This document shows, in pieces, positions 14,730 through 26,529 of a stretch of DNA of 64,000 nucleotides. Both the position numbers and the translations under genes were made by a program. The notes under the pieces are model-generated. The model was not told the DNA's origin. It made no database searches and worked only from the letters and a program-made list of their open reading frames with translations. How positions within the stretch are numbered: the stretch's first letter is position 1; every line of letters starts with the position of its first letter. The stretch comes from Malacoraja senta (lineage: Eukaryota): contig CM075993.1 of assembly GCA_038087875.1 (NCBI GenBank), forward strand, positions 9,178,001 to 9,242,000, given 5' to 3'.

Positions 14730-15412
14730 CTGCAAAACATCAATAGAACAGAATAGTTGGATTTATAAGCCCTGGGAAAACAGTACATCATCGCTCCATA
14801 GATGCTGCCTCACCCGCTGAGTTTCTCCAGCATTTTTGTTAACCATCACTGCACATTACATTTTGGTACATGTGGGTTTCCTCCCACATCTCAAAGGTGT
14901 GCATTCTAGTAGGTTAATCAGCCGCTGCAAAAAAAAGTTCCTTGTCTACATGTTGGCAGAATTGAGAGGGTGGGCACAGGAGGGAGAATAGGTCACAGGG
15001 AAATGGGATAACCAGTTTGATTTATGGGCCAGCAAAGAATGAATGGGCAGGATGGTCTCCTATATTGTACAATGACTAAACTACAACTATAACATTATGA
15101 TAAACTGCTATCACAACATGTACAAAACATTTGAACAGGTACATGGATAGGACAGATTTAGAGGGCTATGGGCCAAACGCAGGTAGGTGGGACTAATGTA
15201 GCTGGGACATGTTGGTCAAGAGTGTTTTATTGTCATACGTCCTAGATAGAACAATGAAATTCTTATTTGCATCAGCACAACAGAATATGTAAACATAGTA
15301 CACTATAAACAATATAATAAACGAGGGGAAAAAAGTTCAGTGTGTGTAAATAACACGCACAGGATCTATCATGCAGATAGGACTTGTATCCACGACACTG
15401 TGATTCTAATTG

Positions 15413-15621
15413 TTAAAGAAGGAACTGCAGATGCTGGAAAATCGAAGGTACACAAAAATGCTGGAGAAACTCAGCGGGTGCAGCAGCATCTATGGAGCGA
15501 AGGAAATAGGCAACGTTTCGGGCTGAAACGTCTGAAGAAGGGTTTCGGCCCGAAACGTTGCCTATTTCCTTCGCTCCATAGATGCTGCTGCACCCGCTGA
15601 GTTTCTCCAGCATTTTTGTGT
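15413..15621. mobile_element. Palindromic Penelope-derived short element
   Basis: About 75-bp perfect inverted arms; 16-bp duplication ACTGTGATTCTAATTG at 15397-15412 and 15622-15637. Confidence 0.8.
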
Positions 15622-18600
15622 ACTGTGATTCTAATTGATCAATGCTGGGCAGGGGTTAGTCTGTTCCCCCGGCGCCCGGGGACTTGAGGAGGCGCCCCTC
15701 AGACCAAGGATTGGACCGTGGACTGGACATCTAGAGCCAGGAAAATAATCAAAGACCCCTTCCATCCTGGACAGTTCCTGTTCAACCTCCTGCCCTCTGG
15801 TAGGCGGTACAGCCGGACAAACAGACTCAAGAACAGTTTCTTTCCCTGGGCCATTAGAACTAAATTCCTCAAATATCCACACGACATGAGATAGGTATGT
15901 TACAATACTTGCCTTCAGCGGCGCTGTAATTATGTCACTGGCCGTGTGCGCGATTTTGGCGCCTTTAAGGGGGGGCGGGGTTAAAGCGCGGGTTTCTCCT
16001 CCCTTGTCCTGAATTATACTTTGTTGGAGTACCAGCTTCTGTGGAAGAAGCGTTCCGAGTGCCGTTTTGCGTAGTTTGTTTTAAAAATCTCCCAACAAGT
16101 TCAGCGTTGGAATCATTTTTAAATCATCTTCTGAAGCGTCAACGCCAACAACGGGGACAGATTTCACACAAGGGAAAGGTAAACGAAAGTGCTTTATTTT
16201 AACGTTCTCCTTAAGAGGCCTTTAATTCACATATTTACATGCGACACGGTGATTTTTTCCCCCGAACGGCAATAATTTTCATGCCAATACGGGGTTAAAT
16301 TCACCGCAAATGAACGTTCCAAATGATCGCGTTCCAGAAATCCCCATTCGCAAGATGATATAAATTCCCATTAATTTACAGGTATTAAACATTCAATTTC
16401 TTCCATTTGGCCTATAAATCCATGACAATGAGATAAAAAAATTATGTTATATTGTGAATTCTTGTGTGAATGTTATTTGGACACTTGAGCTTTTTAAAAA
16501 TGTTAATATTTTCTTAAATAAATGGATAGATGTTTAAATCTAGTAATTGAATTTAGATGAAACTGATGATTTTCTTGTTGAGTATTTACTATTTGTTTTA
16601 GCATTTAACTATCATTTCTACCTTTTTTTCTAAAGCTGCAAATAATAACTTGTTTCTGTTAATGATGTTGTGTTTTTTTTTAAATTTACATTGTAAATAG
16701 ATGTCTCCAAAGAAATGCAAAATTGACAATCCAAAAGCCCAGACAGGCATAGCTAGAGTTCAACTTGAAGAGAAGTTCTCTGTCATGCCTGAGTCTAAGA
16801 GGGATCTTAAAAATGGACACATCTTGTACTTGTATACCTCGTTTGGAAAAAGTCTGCCTGAAACAGAGAAATCGCTGAGTTCACATTTCTCTTTGTCGGA
16901 TGCAGAAGGCTATTCATTTGTTACTGTTAAGTTAAAAGTGAAGACTCTCGTTAACCGGACTTTGCTTAAGTTTAAAAAACTCACCAATCCCAAGGAACTT
17001 GGAGTATTTTTGGAAATTTGTGATGAAACTTTTAAACTTCCAGAAGGCAGTCAACACATTTCTTTAGATGATATTCCACTGCCTGGTGCTCAAGATCCTG
17101 AATCCTTGACATCTGCCGAAAGCCAAGTGCCCATATTTCAAGACACTGAGGACATGGGCGATGACAGTCATAGTCTGCATCCTCCACTGAATCTAGCAAT
17201 GCCAACAACACCTGCTGCCTCACCTGAACCAATGCCATCGACATCTAGTGTTTCAAAAAGATGTAGCAGAGAATTTCTAAGTCTTTCACCAGGGAAACAA
17301 AAATTTACGAAAAGACTAAAGTATATGTACGAATCCAGGGCTGCTCTTTCAACAAAGTATCACACAAAGATCAGTGAACTTAGGGCACGGTTGAAAACTC
17401 CCAAACGTATAGTTAATCAAGCCTTAAAGAGAAAGCAAAACCAAATAGATTTAAAGGACAGAAAGATTCAGGAACTCAAAACCAAATTACGTGATAATAC
17501 TTCTGCACGAGTGCTTGCTAACACCAAGTTTTTGAAACTTAAAAAAGCAGACAATTGCTGATGTTTCGTGGCAGTACGAAAAAGAGGAAAACTGTTTCAA
17601 TTCACCAGTACTGAAAAGTTCATGAAAATTTAAAGGACAGGGAAGAGGATGTGAGACGCCTCGAATTTGACAATCTTGTCCTCAAAGAAACAATCGAAAA
17701 TCTGCAGGCTGCCAGTATTGTCAAGGCAAAGGTGGGCCAGAAAACCTACTCAACAATAAGGATGCATGTGTTTGACTGTATTGTAAACAAAACTCCCACA
17801 GCAAACATTCCAATCCTGATAAGCCAGTTCTACAAGCGGAGTGGACTTCATCTGGATTATGTTCCTCGACGCAGTGCAGTTGAAGTTATGGCCCGAGAAT
17901 TGGGAGCTATTGCTGAGTTGCAAACAGCAGAGATGCTCCTTGCAACAAGGGGTTTGACTGTGGGGTTTGATGCAACCACCCAGGAAGAGACCCACATTAA
18001 CAGTGTTCATTTCACCACCACAAACAAATGTCTCTCTGCAGCAGTTGATGAATTGGCTGGTGGGACTGCTGAGGACTATGCACAACATATTTGCGAAACA
18101 ATTGACAATTTGTGTAAAACTTACATTTATTTTAATGAGCAAACAAATTTTCAAGATACAAGACAAAAGATAATCGACAACATTTCAAACACAATGAGTG
18201 ACAGGTGTGCAGCTAATCATGCTGCTATTAGAATTGTGAGTAGTGAGTGGGGTAAATATTTGAACGAGCTCTACTGCCACTTGCATCCTCTTGACTCCAT
18301 TGCTACATCAGTTCGCTCAGCCCTAAAAATGCAGAAACAATCCGGAGGACAATTCTTATTTGGGAAAGACTGTCTAGCAGTAAATGCCATACTGCAGATG
18401 AGCAAACTTAGATACAAAAACGGAAAAGGGGACCCAAAAGGATTTGTCGCATTTTTAGATGACAGGAACATCCCCCAAGGTGTCCTCCCACGGTACCGTG
18501 GCAACAGATTGCACATACTGTTTCATATTAGTGGCAAGCTGATAGAATACTTTGATGACTTTGTAGCACTGCTGAATAGCGGAACATCCTGTGGGGGGTT

Positions 18601-19444
18601 GAAAAGCGCCATCCTCCATGACTTCACCCAGGCTGAAGCAAAAGTAGAACTTCAGATATTGGGCTTACTTGGCAAATATCTGACTGGGCCTTGGATGAAA
18701 CGCTTCTACACTTCAAGCCAGAATCAGATCAACCATGTTGATGGCATCAAAGTGGTTAAAGGGGTGATTGCTGCTCTAAAGGAAGCCACAGAAAATCCAG
18801 AGAACATGATATTGGCAAGGGAAGATTTCTTCGGTGAGTAGGTACATCTTGACGCCACATTGAAAAAACTTTGGGAGCTACCAATACATCCACAGTTCAG
18901 TTCAAAGATGAGGAGCTGTCTTCAAGCTGTCATCACTGTGTTGGAGAGGCAATATAGTAAATACTTTGAACTTGATGTAACTGAGAAACTGAAGGAGACT
19001 GCATCAGCAAGATCACACAACATTGATGCGGAGGGAGATAATGGGTATGTTTAGCTCATCGAAACAGAAATCTCCCAATGCCACCATGTGTTATTTGTCA
19101 TGTCAAGTTCAAGTTCAAGTTTCCTTTATTGTCATTCAGACCTTTCGGTCTGAACGAAATTGTGATGCCTGCAGTCATACACAGAACCAATAATAACAAA
19201 CATACAATAAACACAAATTAAACATCCACCACAGTGAGTTCACCAAGCACACCCTCACTGTGATGGAGGCAAAGTCTTAGTCTCCGTCTCTTCCCTCCTT
19301 GTTCTCCCTCTGCGCTGAGGCGATCGATCCAGGCCGAAGATGCCGCCCTCCAGTCCAGCGGACCTCCGTGGTGATGTCGCTGCCGCCGAAAGCCGGAACG
19401 CCGTCTTCGCTCCGAGACGGCCCGCCACAGCATCAGCCCCGGGT

Positions 19445-19902
19445 CCCGCAGTCTCCGCTCCGGACCCCGCTGCACCAGCTCCAGGCCCCGCAGTCTCCGC
19501 TCCAGGCCGCTGCACCAGCTCCAGGCCCCGCAATCTCCGCTCCGGACCCCGCTGCACCAGCACCAGGTCCCGCAGTCTCCGCTCCGGACCCCGCTGCACC
19601 AGCTCCAGGCCCTGCAGTCTCCGCTCCGGCCCCGCTGTATCAGTTCCAGGTCCCGCAGTCTCCGCTCCGGACCCCACTGTACCAGCTCCAGGCCCTGCAG
19701 TCTCCACTCCGGACCCCACTGCATCAGCTCCAGGTCCCGCAGTCTCCGCTCCGGACCCCGCTGCACCAGCTCCAGGTCCCGCAGTTTCCGCTCCGGACCC
19801 CGCTGCACCAGCTCCAGGTCCCGCAGTCTCCGCTCCGGACCCCGCTGTACCAGCTCCAGGCCCCGCAGTCTCCACTCCGGACCCCGCTGCATCAGCTCCA
19901 GG
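19445..19902. repeat. 42-bp GC-rich minisatellite, about 11 copies
   Basis: Unit CCGCAGTCTCCGCTCCGGACCCCGCTGCACCAGCTCCAGGTC, giving 14-aa periodicity in all overlapping ORFs. Confidence 0.95.
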
Positions 19903-20175
19903 CTGCCGCCGAAAGCCAGAACGCCGCACCAGCAAGTCGGGCCACCGCTGCCTCCGCCCCGAAGACGGCCAGCCTCCCGTTGGTAAGTCCTGGCTGGCTC
20001 TGCCTCCGTAGCCTCGGGGTCGGTCGCAGGATGGAGGCGGCCACCCCCGCCATTAGGCCTCACCGCAGACGGAGGCAAGGAAGGGGGATACGACACGAAA
20101 GAGTCGCATTCCCCCGAAGGAGGAGACAGAGGACATGTTTCTCCCCCCCTAACACAACCCAACAAACTAAAACTT

Positions 20176-22510
20176 TTTTTCTTTTTTTTAAATTTGTATT
20201 TTATTAGAAGTACATTACATTACAACCACATACATTAGTACTTGTCATTTATATCTTCTTACAATTAATGTACTCCATTTATTTTTTACACTAGAAAAGG
20301 AAAAGATTGAAAGAAAGAAGAAAGTGAAGGAAAAAGTGAAAGTGTAGGAAATGTGACAACAAAAAAGGACGAAGACCCTATAAGAGCAAAATTAAAAACA
20401 AAAGAAAAAGAGTTAAGAAATAGACCCTAGGAAAGAAAGAAAGAGAGAAAGAGGAAAAAGAGAGAAACAAATATTTTTATGAGCATTACGTAAATGGGAC
20501 ATACCAACTCTTCAACTATCATCCCCCCTTACCTGACCTCAATTTTTTTTTTAAAGTACTTTTGCACCCTATGTTTGTAATAATTCTATAAATGCAGACC
20601 ACGTCAGGTGGAAGTGATCTGGTTTACCTGCTAGGAGGAGTCTTATCTCTTCTAGGTGTAATGTTTCAAACGTATTTGAAATCCACATATTTATAGTTGG
20701 TATTGGAGCCTTCTTCCAAAATTTTAGAATTAGCTTTTTTCCAGTTATTAACCCATAGTCCATTAGTTTCTTTTGAAACATTTAGATCTGGACCATCTTC
20801 CGTTATACCGAAGATAATCCATTCTGCTTTGGGTATCAGTCTTGTTTTAAATAACTTTGTAAAGATTTCAAAAATGTCATTCCAAAATTTTTGTACAAGA
20901 AACGAATGAGTGCGTTATGGTAGCTTCTTGGGATTGACATTTATCACAAATAGATGATACATTTGGGAAAATTTTATGAATTTTAGTTTTCGAATAATAT
21001 AATCTATGTAAAATTTTAAATTGTATTAAAGTGTGTCTTACATTAATCGAGCATTTATGCACGTTTAATAAGTATTCATTCCAACTTTCCTTTGAAATTT
21101 TAATAGCTAACTCTTGTTCCCAGTCTCTTCTGATACCCTCCGTAGATGGTATTTGTGCATTTAAGATAATATTATACAAATATGATATTAAGTTTGCTGA
21201 TTCCGCTTTTATCTGCATTGCCTCGTCCAGTACATCTGCTGGGTTATTATGATGATCTTTTGTATATTTTTTCAAATAGTCGCATATTTGAAAGTATTTA
21301 AAATATTGATTATTTCCGAGTTTATATTTTATTTGTAATTGTTGAAATGAAAGTAATTTTCCAGTTTCATACAAGTCACCAAGCGTTTTAATTCCTAATC
21401 TATCCCATTGTGTATAAGCTTTATCTATAATAGAAGGATTAAACGAAGGGTTATTGACTATAGGTAATAAAAGTGATAAATTTCTTAATTTTAAATTTTG
21501 TTTTATTTGTTTCCAAATTCGGATTGTACTATGAATAATTGGGTTCTTATTATAATTTATGTTATTCAATTTCATTGGAGAGAGGAGGATCGCTCCAATG
21601 TTTCTAGAGGAGCAATCCTCTTTCTCCATTACAATCCAGTCCGCTTGCTGGGCGGAGTTATCCATCAGTTGAATCATATTTTTAATATTTACTGACCAAT
21701 AATAATACATAAAATTAGGTAGTGCTAAACCCCCTAATACTTTAGGTTTATTCAGATGAGTTTTTTGTATTCTATGTGATTTATAGTCCCATATAAAATT
21801 AGTGATACCTGAGTCGAGTTTTTTAAAAAACTTCTTTGGTAAGTATATAGGAATTGATTGTAATAGGTATAAAATTTGTGGTAAAAAGATCATTTTTATT
21901 GCGTTTATTCGGCCTATTAAAGACATCGGGAGCGTTTTCCAGAATTTAATTAGTGTGTTTAATTTATTAAGTAAGGGGTCAAAATTTGCCCTAAACATAC
22001 CTTGATATGATCTGGTAATTTCGATTTCCAAATATTTAAATTTTTCTGTAGCTATTTTAAAAGGGAATTTTAAAAGATGTGTTGAATCTTTCGGTTTTAT
22101 TGACATAATTTCACTTTTATTCCAATTTATTCTATATCCAGAAAAAGATCCAAAATCTTCAATTAAATTTAATATATTTGGTATAGTGATTTGAGGTTTT
22201 GTAATGTACAGTAATATATCATCCGCGTATAAAGATATTTTATTATATGAATCTTTAGTATTATATCCATGGATATCAGGGTGTATTCTAATTTTTTCTG
22301 TTAGCGGTTCAATAATGAGAGCAAACAGTTGTGGTGATAATGAGCATCCTTGTCTATTTCCCCTTGATAGTTGGAATTTCGAGGATAATATGTTATTAGT
22401 TAGTATTCTAGCTGTAGGTTTGTTATATAGTAACTTGATCCATAGAATAAAATTCTCCCCCAGTTGAAATTTTTGTAATACTTTGTCCATATAATTCCAT
22501 TCTACTTGAT
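20176..22510 (-). mobile_element. 5'-truncated L1-clade LINE (RT C-terminal half, Cys-rich domain, 3' UTR, poly-A)
   Basis: ORF 22490-20877 with RQGCSLSP, YADD and a C-terminal CxxC...H..C; 13-bp TSD CAAACTAAAACTT at 20163-20175 and 22511-22523; T-run at the left end. Confidence 0.93.
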
Positions 22511-23678
22511 CAAACTAAAACTTAACCAAAACAAGACAAAAAAAACAGGAAAAAGTAAAAACAGACGGACTGCAGGCGAGCCGCAGCCGATTAACAGCGC
22601 CGCCACTTCCGGACATGTAGGATGCGGGCCTGCAAGAATAGAACGGTCAATTACCTTGATAATCTCGAGGAGCATCGTAGGGAGGAGGTGCTCTGTAAGG
22701 CAATGAAATTGGGGAGAGTGCAGAGGAACAGACGGAAGAAAAAACAGAAGGAATTGAGAGCAGAAATCATCAAGCGACAGAAAGGCAAGGAGCATGCTCG
22801 GGACACGAAAGAGAGGAAAAAATAGAAAAAAAATTGAAAGAGACTGATTTAAACAGCATTCGCAGAGATTATCCAAATTTGGACTACTCCAAATGTGATG
22901 ATCTACAGGACATACTTAATGGGAAAGTAGTGGGCAGAAAGGCATGTCATGTGTGGTTTGAAGAGCAAAAACCTGTAGTTTACAATGCCAAAATTGAAAA
23001 GTTGAGGAAAAACAAGGTGTACAGAGTTGCTTATTGGTTGCAATCTGACGAGTATGATGATGCTACTGATTTTGATATGCCAATGTACCAGCTAGCAGCT
23101 GATCTTCTCCTTAAAGATTTGGTCTTTTGCTAGAAATTGTAAATTAATTACCTATCTGTTATGGACTTACAGCATATAATACAATAATATTAAAGTTCTG
23201 ATCTTGAGAATATCACATTTTTGAATTTTCAAAGCAGTCTGGGTGTTTATTACTATTTCCGTCACAACGGTCAATTTTGTAATTAGCTACAATTAAGTAA
23301 CTAACTAATTATATGCTGCAATTTCAGGTCATCCAAGTAAGATTATTTTATATTTGTTTCAGAATGCTTCAATCTATAATAACTGAAAATTTCATTCAGT
23401 TCTCTTAATTTTTAAGAAAGTTATGGGCTTTTGACTGTCCTCGATCACAGCTTTTGAGACAAGTCAATGGAAAGGCAATAGGGAACAAGATGCTAATTTC
23501 CGAGTATGAAAATGGCCATAACTGTTTTAATACTGAAGATATGAAAGTGAATTAGGTGTCAAATTAAACTTCTTGTAATGCTTTATCTGATGGGATAAAT
23601 TACAGACTTGATTTTTAAAATCTCAAAATTTTGTAACATTGCTACATGAGAATGCTGTCATCCATTTCACTAAACGAC

Positions 23679-24096
23679 GTGTATGAGAGAGAAGCGAGTG
23701 TTACCAAACTTCTGAATTCTCTGGGGTGGAACCCTCTCCAAGACAGACGTGAAGCTCACCGTTTGACCTGTTTTTACAAAATGTTAAATGGTCAGCTCAA
23801 CATAGATTACAAGACCTACACCAAACCCAAACCAATTAGGAGCAGACGAGGACATTCGATCCAATTTGAGATTCCAGCTACCAAGACAGATGTGTACAGC
23901 AATTCATTCTTCCCCCGCATAATTAAAGCATGGAATAATCTTCACCCTACCATAGTTAACCAACCAGATGCAACTAAATTTAAGGTAGCTCTTTCTTCCC
24001 AAAAAACCTTTCTGGCTTAAGTCCTCCCTCCACCACCTCCAGTTTAAATTCCATTTGGAATATTTTGGAGGACTAAGAAACCAAGAAGAACCAAGA
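23679..24096 (+). mobile_element. 3' fragment of a CR1-group LINE
   Basis: SVTKLLNSLGWNPLQDRR...NSFFPRIIKAWNNL is a typical LINE ORF2 C-terminus; followed by a (CCAAGAA)n-like tail. Confidence 0.8.
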
Positions 24097-24247
24097 CGCC
24101 ATCTTTCTTTCTCCGATTTTCTCCGAAAACGACGCCATCTTTTATTCCACCATTTACACCCCGGGGTTTGAAGCACGTTCGGGAAAAACACCCCGGGGTG
24201 TCAAGCACTTTCGGGGACCAGACCCAACGGGTCTGCACTTGGTCTAG
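24097..24247 (+). mobile_element. Helitron-like 3' terminus
   Basis: Hairpin CAGACCC-AAC-GGGTCTG at 24219-24235, ending 8 nt before CTAG (24244-24247), which is followed by T. Confidence 0.6.
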
Positions 24248-24811
24248 TTTCACTATAAAGCAGGCCACTCACCTAATATTTCTTCTTTTTAAAAATTATT
24301 TTAAAGTATTTATTAAATTTTAAAGTGTAATATTCTCCCAGTGCAATGTTCTACCTAGGTGTGATAATTATAATTTATCTACTATTTTAAGCAGTTAAAT
24401 AACGTATTGGATGTGACTTTGTCTTGTGTTTGAACTTGTTTTGGTTGCACTGATCAGTGATCAGCTCTCCTAATTTCGTTGTATTTCTAAGTACAATGAC
24501 AATAAAGGCTTAGTATTATTATTACTATTATTATCAGTACCCGAGCAGGAAGTTTTGATGGTAAAAATGAATGGAAAGAAAAACCTGGCCCCGTAAATCC
24601 TGTAAATTGTTTTGCCTTTTATTTATTTTTTTAAAAGCGAGGGTAAAAAAAGTTGATGCGGTAAAATGGGAACAATTGAGGCAGAAAACTGAAGTAAAAG
24701 CTCGAAGAGGAAATAGAAGAAAAAATAAATACGCCAAGACAAATCCCCGGGGAAAGGGCAGCGTGACTCGAGGGAAATGTGAGGGGGATCGGGCCTCCTT
24801 CCCGCCCTCAC

Positions 24812-24984
24812 CTGTACAGGTCGTAACCCGCAGCCCGCTCCGAGCCCCGCGTCGGACGCTGCGCGTTCTCGCTGAGTTTGGCGAACTTGAGCACGGCCGC
24901 CCTCGCCGGGGACACGGGCCTCCTCTTCAGCGGGGACGCGGCGCTCTTCGCCGGGGAAGCGGTGGCGGTTTCCGAGGTCGGCAT
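24812..24984 (-). CDS. DUT: dUTPase exon 1b (nuclear isoform start; MPTSETATASPAKSAASPLKRRPV...RGSERAAGYDLYS)
   Basis: dUTPase motif I AGYDL; basic NLS-like SPLKRR; donor AG|GTGAGG; CpG island. Confidence 0.97.
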
Positions 24985-25085
24985 GGCTGCGGGAGAGACT
25001 CGGTCAGTCAGTCAGGGGGAAGACAGCCAGCACAAACTGCCCGCCAAAACCAGGCTCACCAATCAGCGCCCGAGACTGCTCTAAA
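24985..25085 (-). promoter_or_regulatory. DUT nuclear-isoform proximal promoter overlapping the exon 1b splice acceptor
   Basis: CCAAT at about 25059-25063; E2F-like TTTTGGCGGG at about 25040-25049 on the minus strand; branch-point-like CTGAC repeats, pyrimidine tract and AG. Confidence 0.6.
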
Positions 25086-25087
25086 GC

Positions 25088-25536
25088 CCTTCCCTCACCT
25101 TCCTCTCCCTTAATCCTCTCCCCTCACCCTCCTCCTCCCCTCTCCCTCCTCCCCTCTCCCTCCTCCTCCTCCCCTCACCCTCCTCCTCCCCTCACCATCC
25201 CCTCTCCCTCCTCCCCTCTCCCTCCTCCTCCCCTCTCCCTCCTCCTCCCCTCACCCTCCTCCTCCCCTCACCCTCCTCCTCCCCTCACCCTCCTCCTCCC
25301 CTCACCCTCCCCTCTCCCTCCTCCCCTCTCCCTCCTCCTCCCCTCTCCCTCCTCCTCCCCTCTCCCTCCTCCTCCCCTCACCCTCCCCTCTCCCTCCTCC
25401 TCCCCTCACCCTCCTCCTCCCCTCACCCTCCTCCTCCCCTCACCCTCCTCCTCCCCTCTCCTCCTCCCCCCTCACCCTCCCCTCTCCCTCCTCCTCCCCT
25501 CACCCTCCTCCTCTCTCCCTCCTCCTCCCCTCCCCT
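25088..25536. repeat. Polypyrimidine/polypurine minisatellite, unit about CCCTC(A/T)CCCTCCTCCTC
   Basis: About 450 bp almost entirely C/T on the plus strand, with 14/17-bp periodicity. Confidence 0.95.
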
Positions 25537-25839
25537 TATCATGGTCTTCAGGATGGCCATGTGTACTGGGACCTCTGCAGCTCCTGGAGGCTGTGATATG
25601 ACAGGTCACCACTGAGGTGCTGTCTGAGAGGAGCAAAGATGGGGTATTTGACAGCTTTAACCTCTTTGGCTTTAACAGATCTCCTTGCGGCAGTGATTCT
25701 GGCGAGGCTGTTGTTTTGGGGTCAAGTTGATGGAGGTAATAGTGCAGACTAGGAGTGGTCTGTTTAGGTGCATGTTACAGCACAGATCATGCAGACATTT
25801 TTGTGCTCCTTCAGAATTACTCTAGGTGGTGTAGAGTAG

Positions 25840-26490
25840 AGGGATCTAAGAGTGCAGGTACATAGTTTGTCTAAAGTGGCATCACAGGCAGATAGGGTGG
25901 TCAAGAAGGCTTTTGGCAAGTAGATAGGGTGGTCAAGAAAGCTTTGTCAATCAGAGTACTGAGTATACAAGACATTGGTGAGGCCACATTTGGAGTATTG
26001 TGTTCAGTTTTGGTTCGGTTATAGGAAAGATGCTGTTAAGCTGGAGATATATGAGGATGTTGCCAGGACTCGGGCCTGAGCTATAGGGAGATGCTGAGCA
26101 GGCTAGGACTTTATTCCTGGAGCGCAGGATGATGAGGGGTGATCTTATAGAGGTATATAAGATCATGAGGGGAATAGGTAGGGTGGATGCACAGAGTCGT
26201 TTAACCAGAGTAAGGGAATCAAGAATCAGAGGACATAGGTTTAAGGTGAGATGGAAAAGATTTAATAGAAACCAGGGGGGAAACCACACAAAGGGTGGTG
26301 GGTATATGGAACGAGATGCCAGAGGAGATAGTTGAGGCAGGTACTATCACAATGTTAAAAAAATATTTGGTCAAGTACATGGATAGCACAAATTTAGAAG
26401 GATATGGGCCAAATGCAGGCATATAGGACTAGTGTAGATAGCACAGCTTGGTCAGCATTGGCAAGCTGCGCTGAAGGGCCCGTTTCCATT
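25840..26490 (+). mobile_element. Degenerate CR1-type LINE 3' fragment
   Basis: RGDLIEVYKIMRG...RGHRFKV motif and a CR1-like 3' UTR. Confidence 0.85.
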
Positions 26491-26529
26491 ACATTCTCCA
26501 AGAAGTTACATCATCTAACAAGTGCCTGC

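Larger units (their letters stand above)
19104..22613 (-). mobile_element. GC-rich non-autonomous retroelement (SINE-like, Rex1/Babar-type 3' tail), interrupted by an L1
   Basis: TSD CATGT at 19099-19103 and 22614-22618; 3' end AATTTCGTT...ATGACAATAAA plus (AACTTG)n tail; both ends homologous to the copy at 61936-62722. Confidence 0.75.
16701..23133 (+). pseudogene. Disrupted DDE transposase (segments 16701-17561, 17651-18841, 18860-19103, 22619-23133)
   Basis: GFDATT (D), MSDR (D), CHLH (CxxH) and NIDAE(E)IMGMF (E, across a frameshift). In-frame TAGs at 18839 and 22823. The frame ...CYLSC|RMRACK... rejoins exactly across the 19104-22613 insertion. Confidence 0.85.
15892..23644 (+). mobile_element. 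Divergent hAT-superfamily (hATw-like) DNA transposon, degenerate, with nested insertions
   Basis: Imperfect TIRs TAGGTATGTTACAATACTT and TAGCAATGTTACAAAATTT; 7-bp TSD CATGAGA at 15885-15891 and 23645-23651; internal transposase remnants. Confidence 0.85.

Noticed and set aside
19218..20207. Four overlapping 220-315-aa ORFs on both strands; array superficially CRISPR-like
   Set aside because: They result from a stop-free 42-bp GC-rich tandem repeat inside a retroelement. There are no unique spacers or cas genes, and the context is eukaryotic.
24571..25113. 180-aa plus-strand ORF
   Set aside because: Antisense shadow of the GC-rich DUT exon 1b and CpG island; no recognisable domain.
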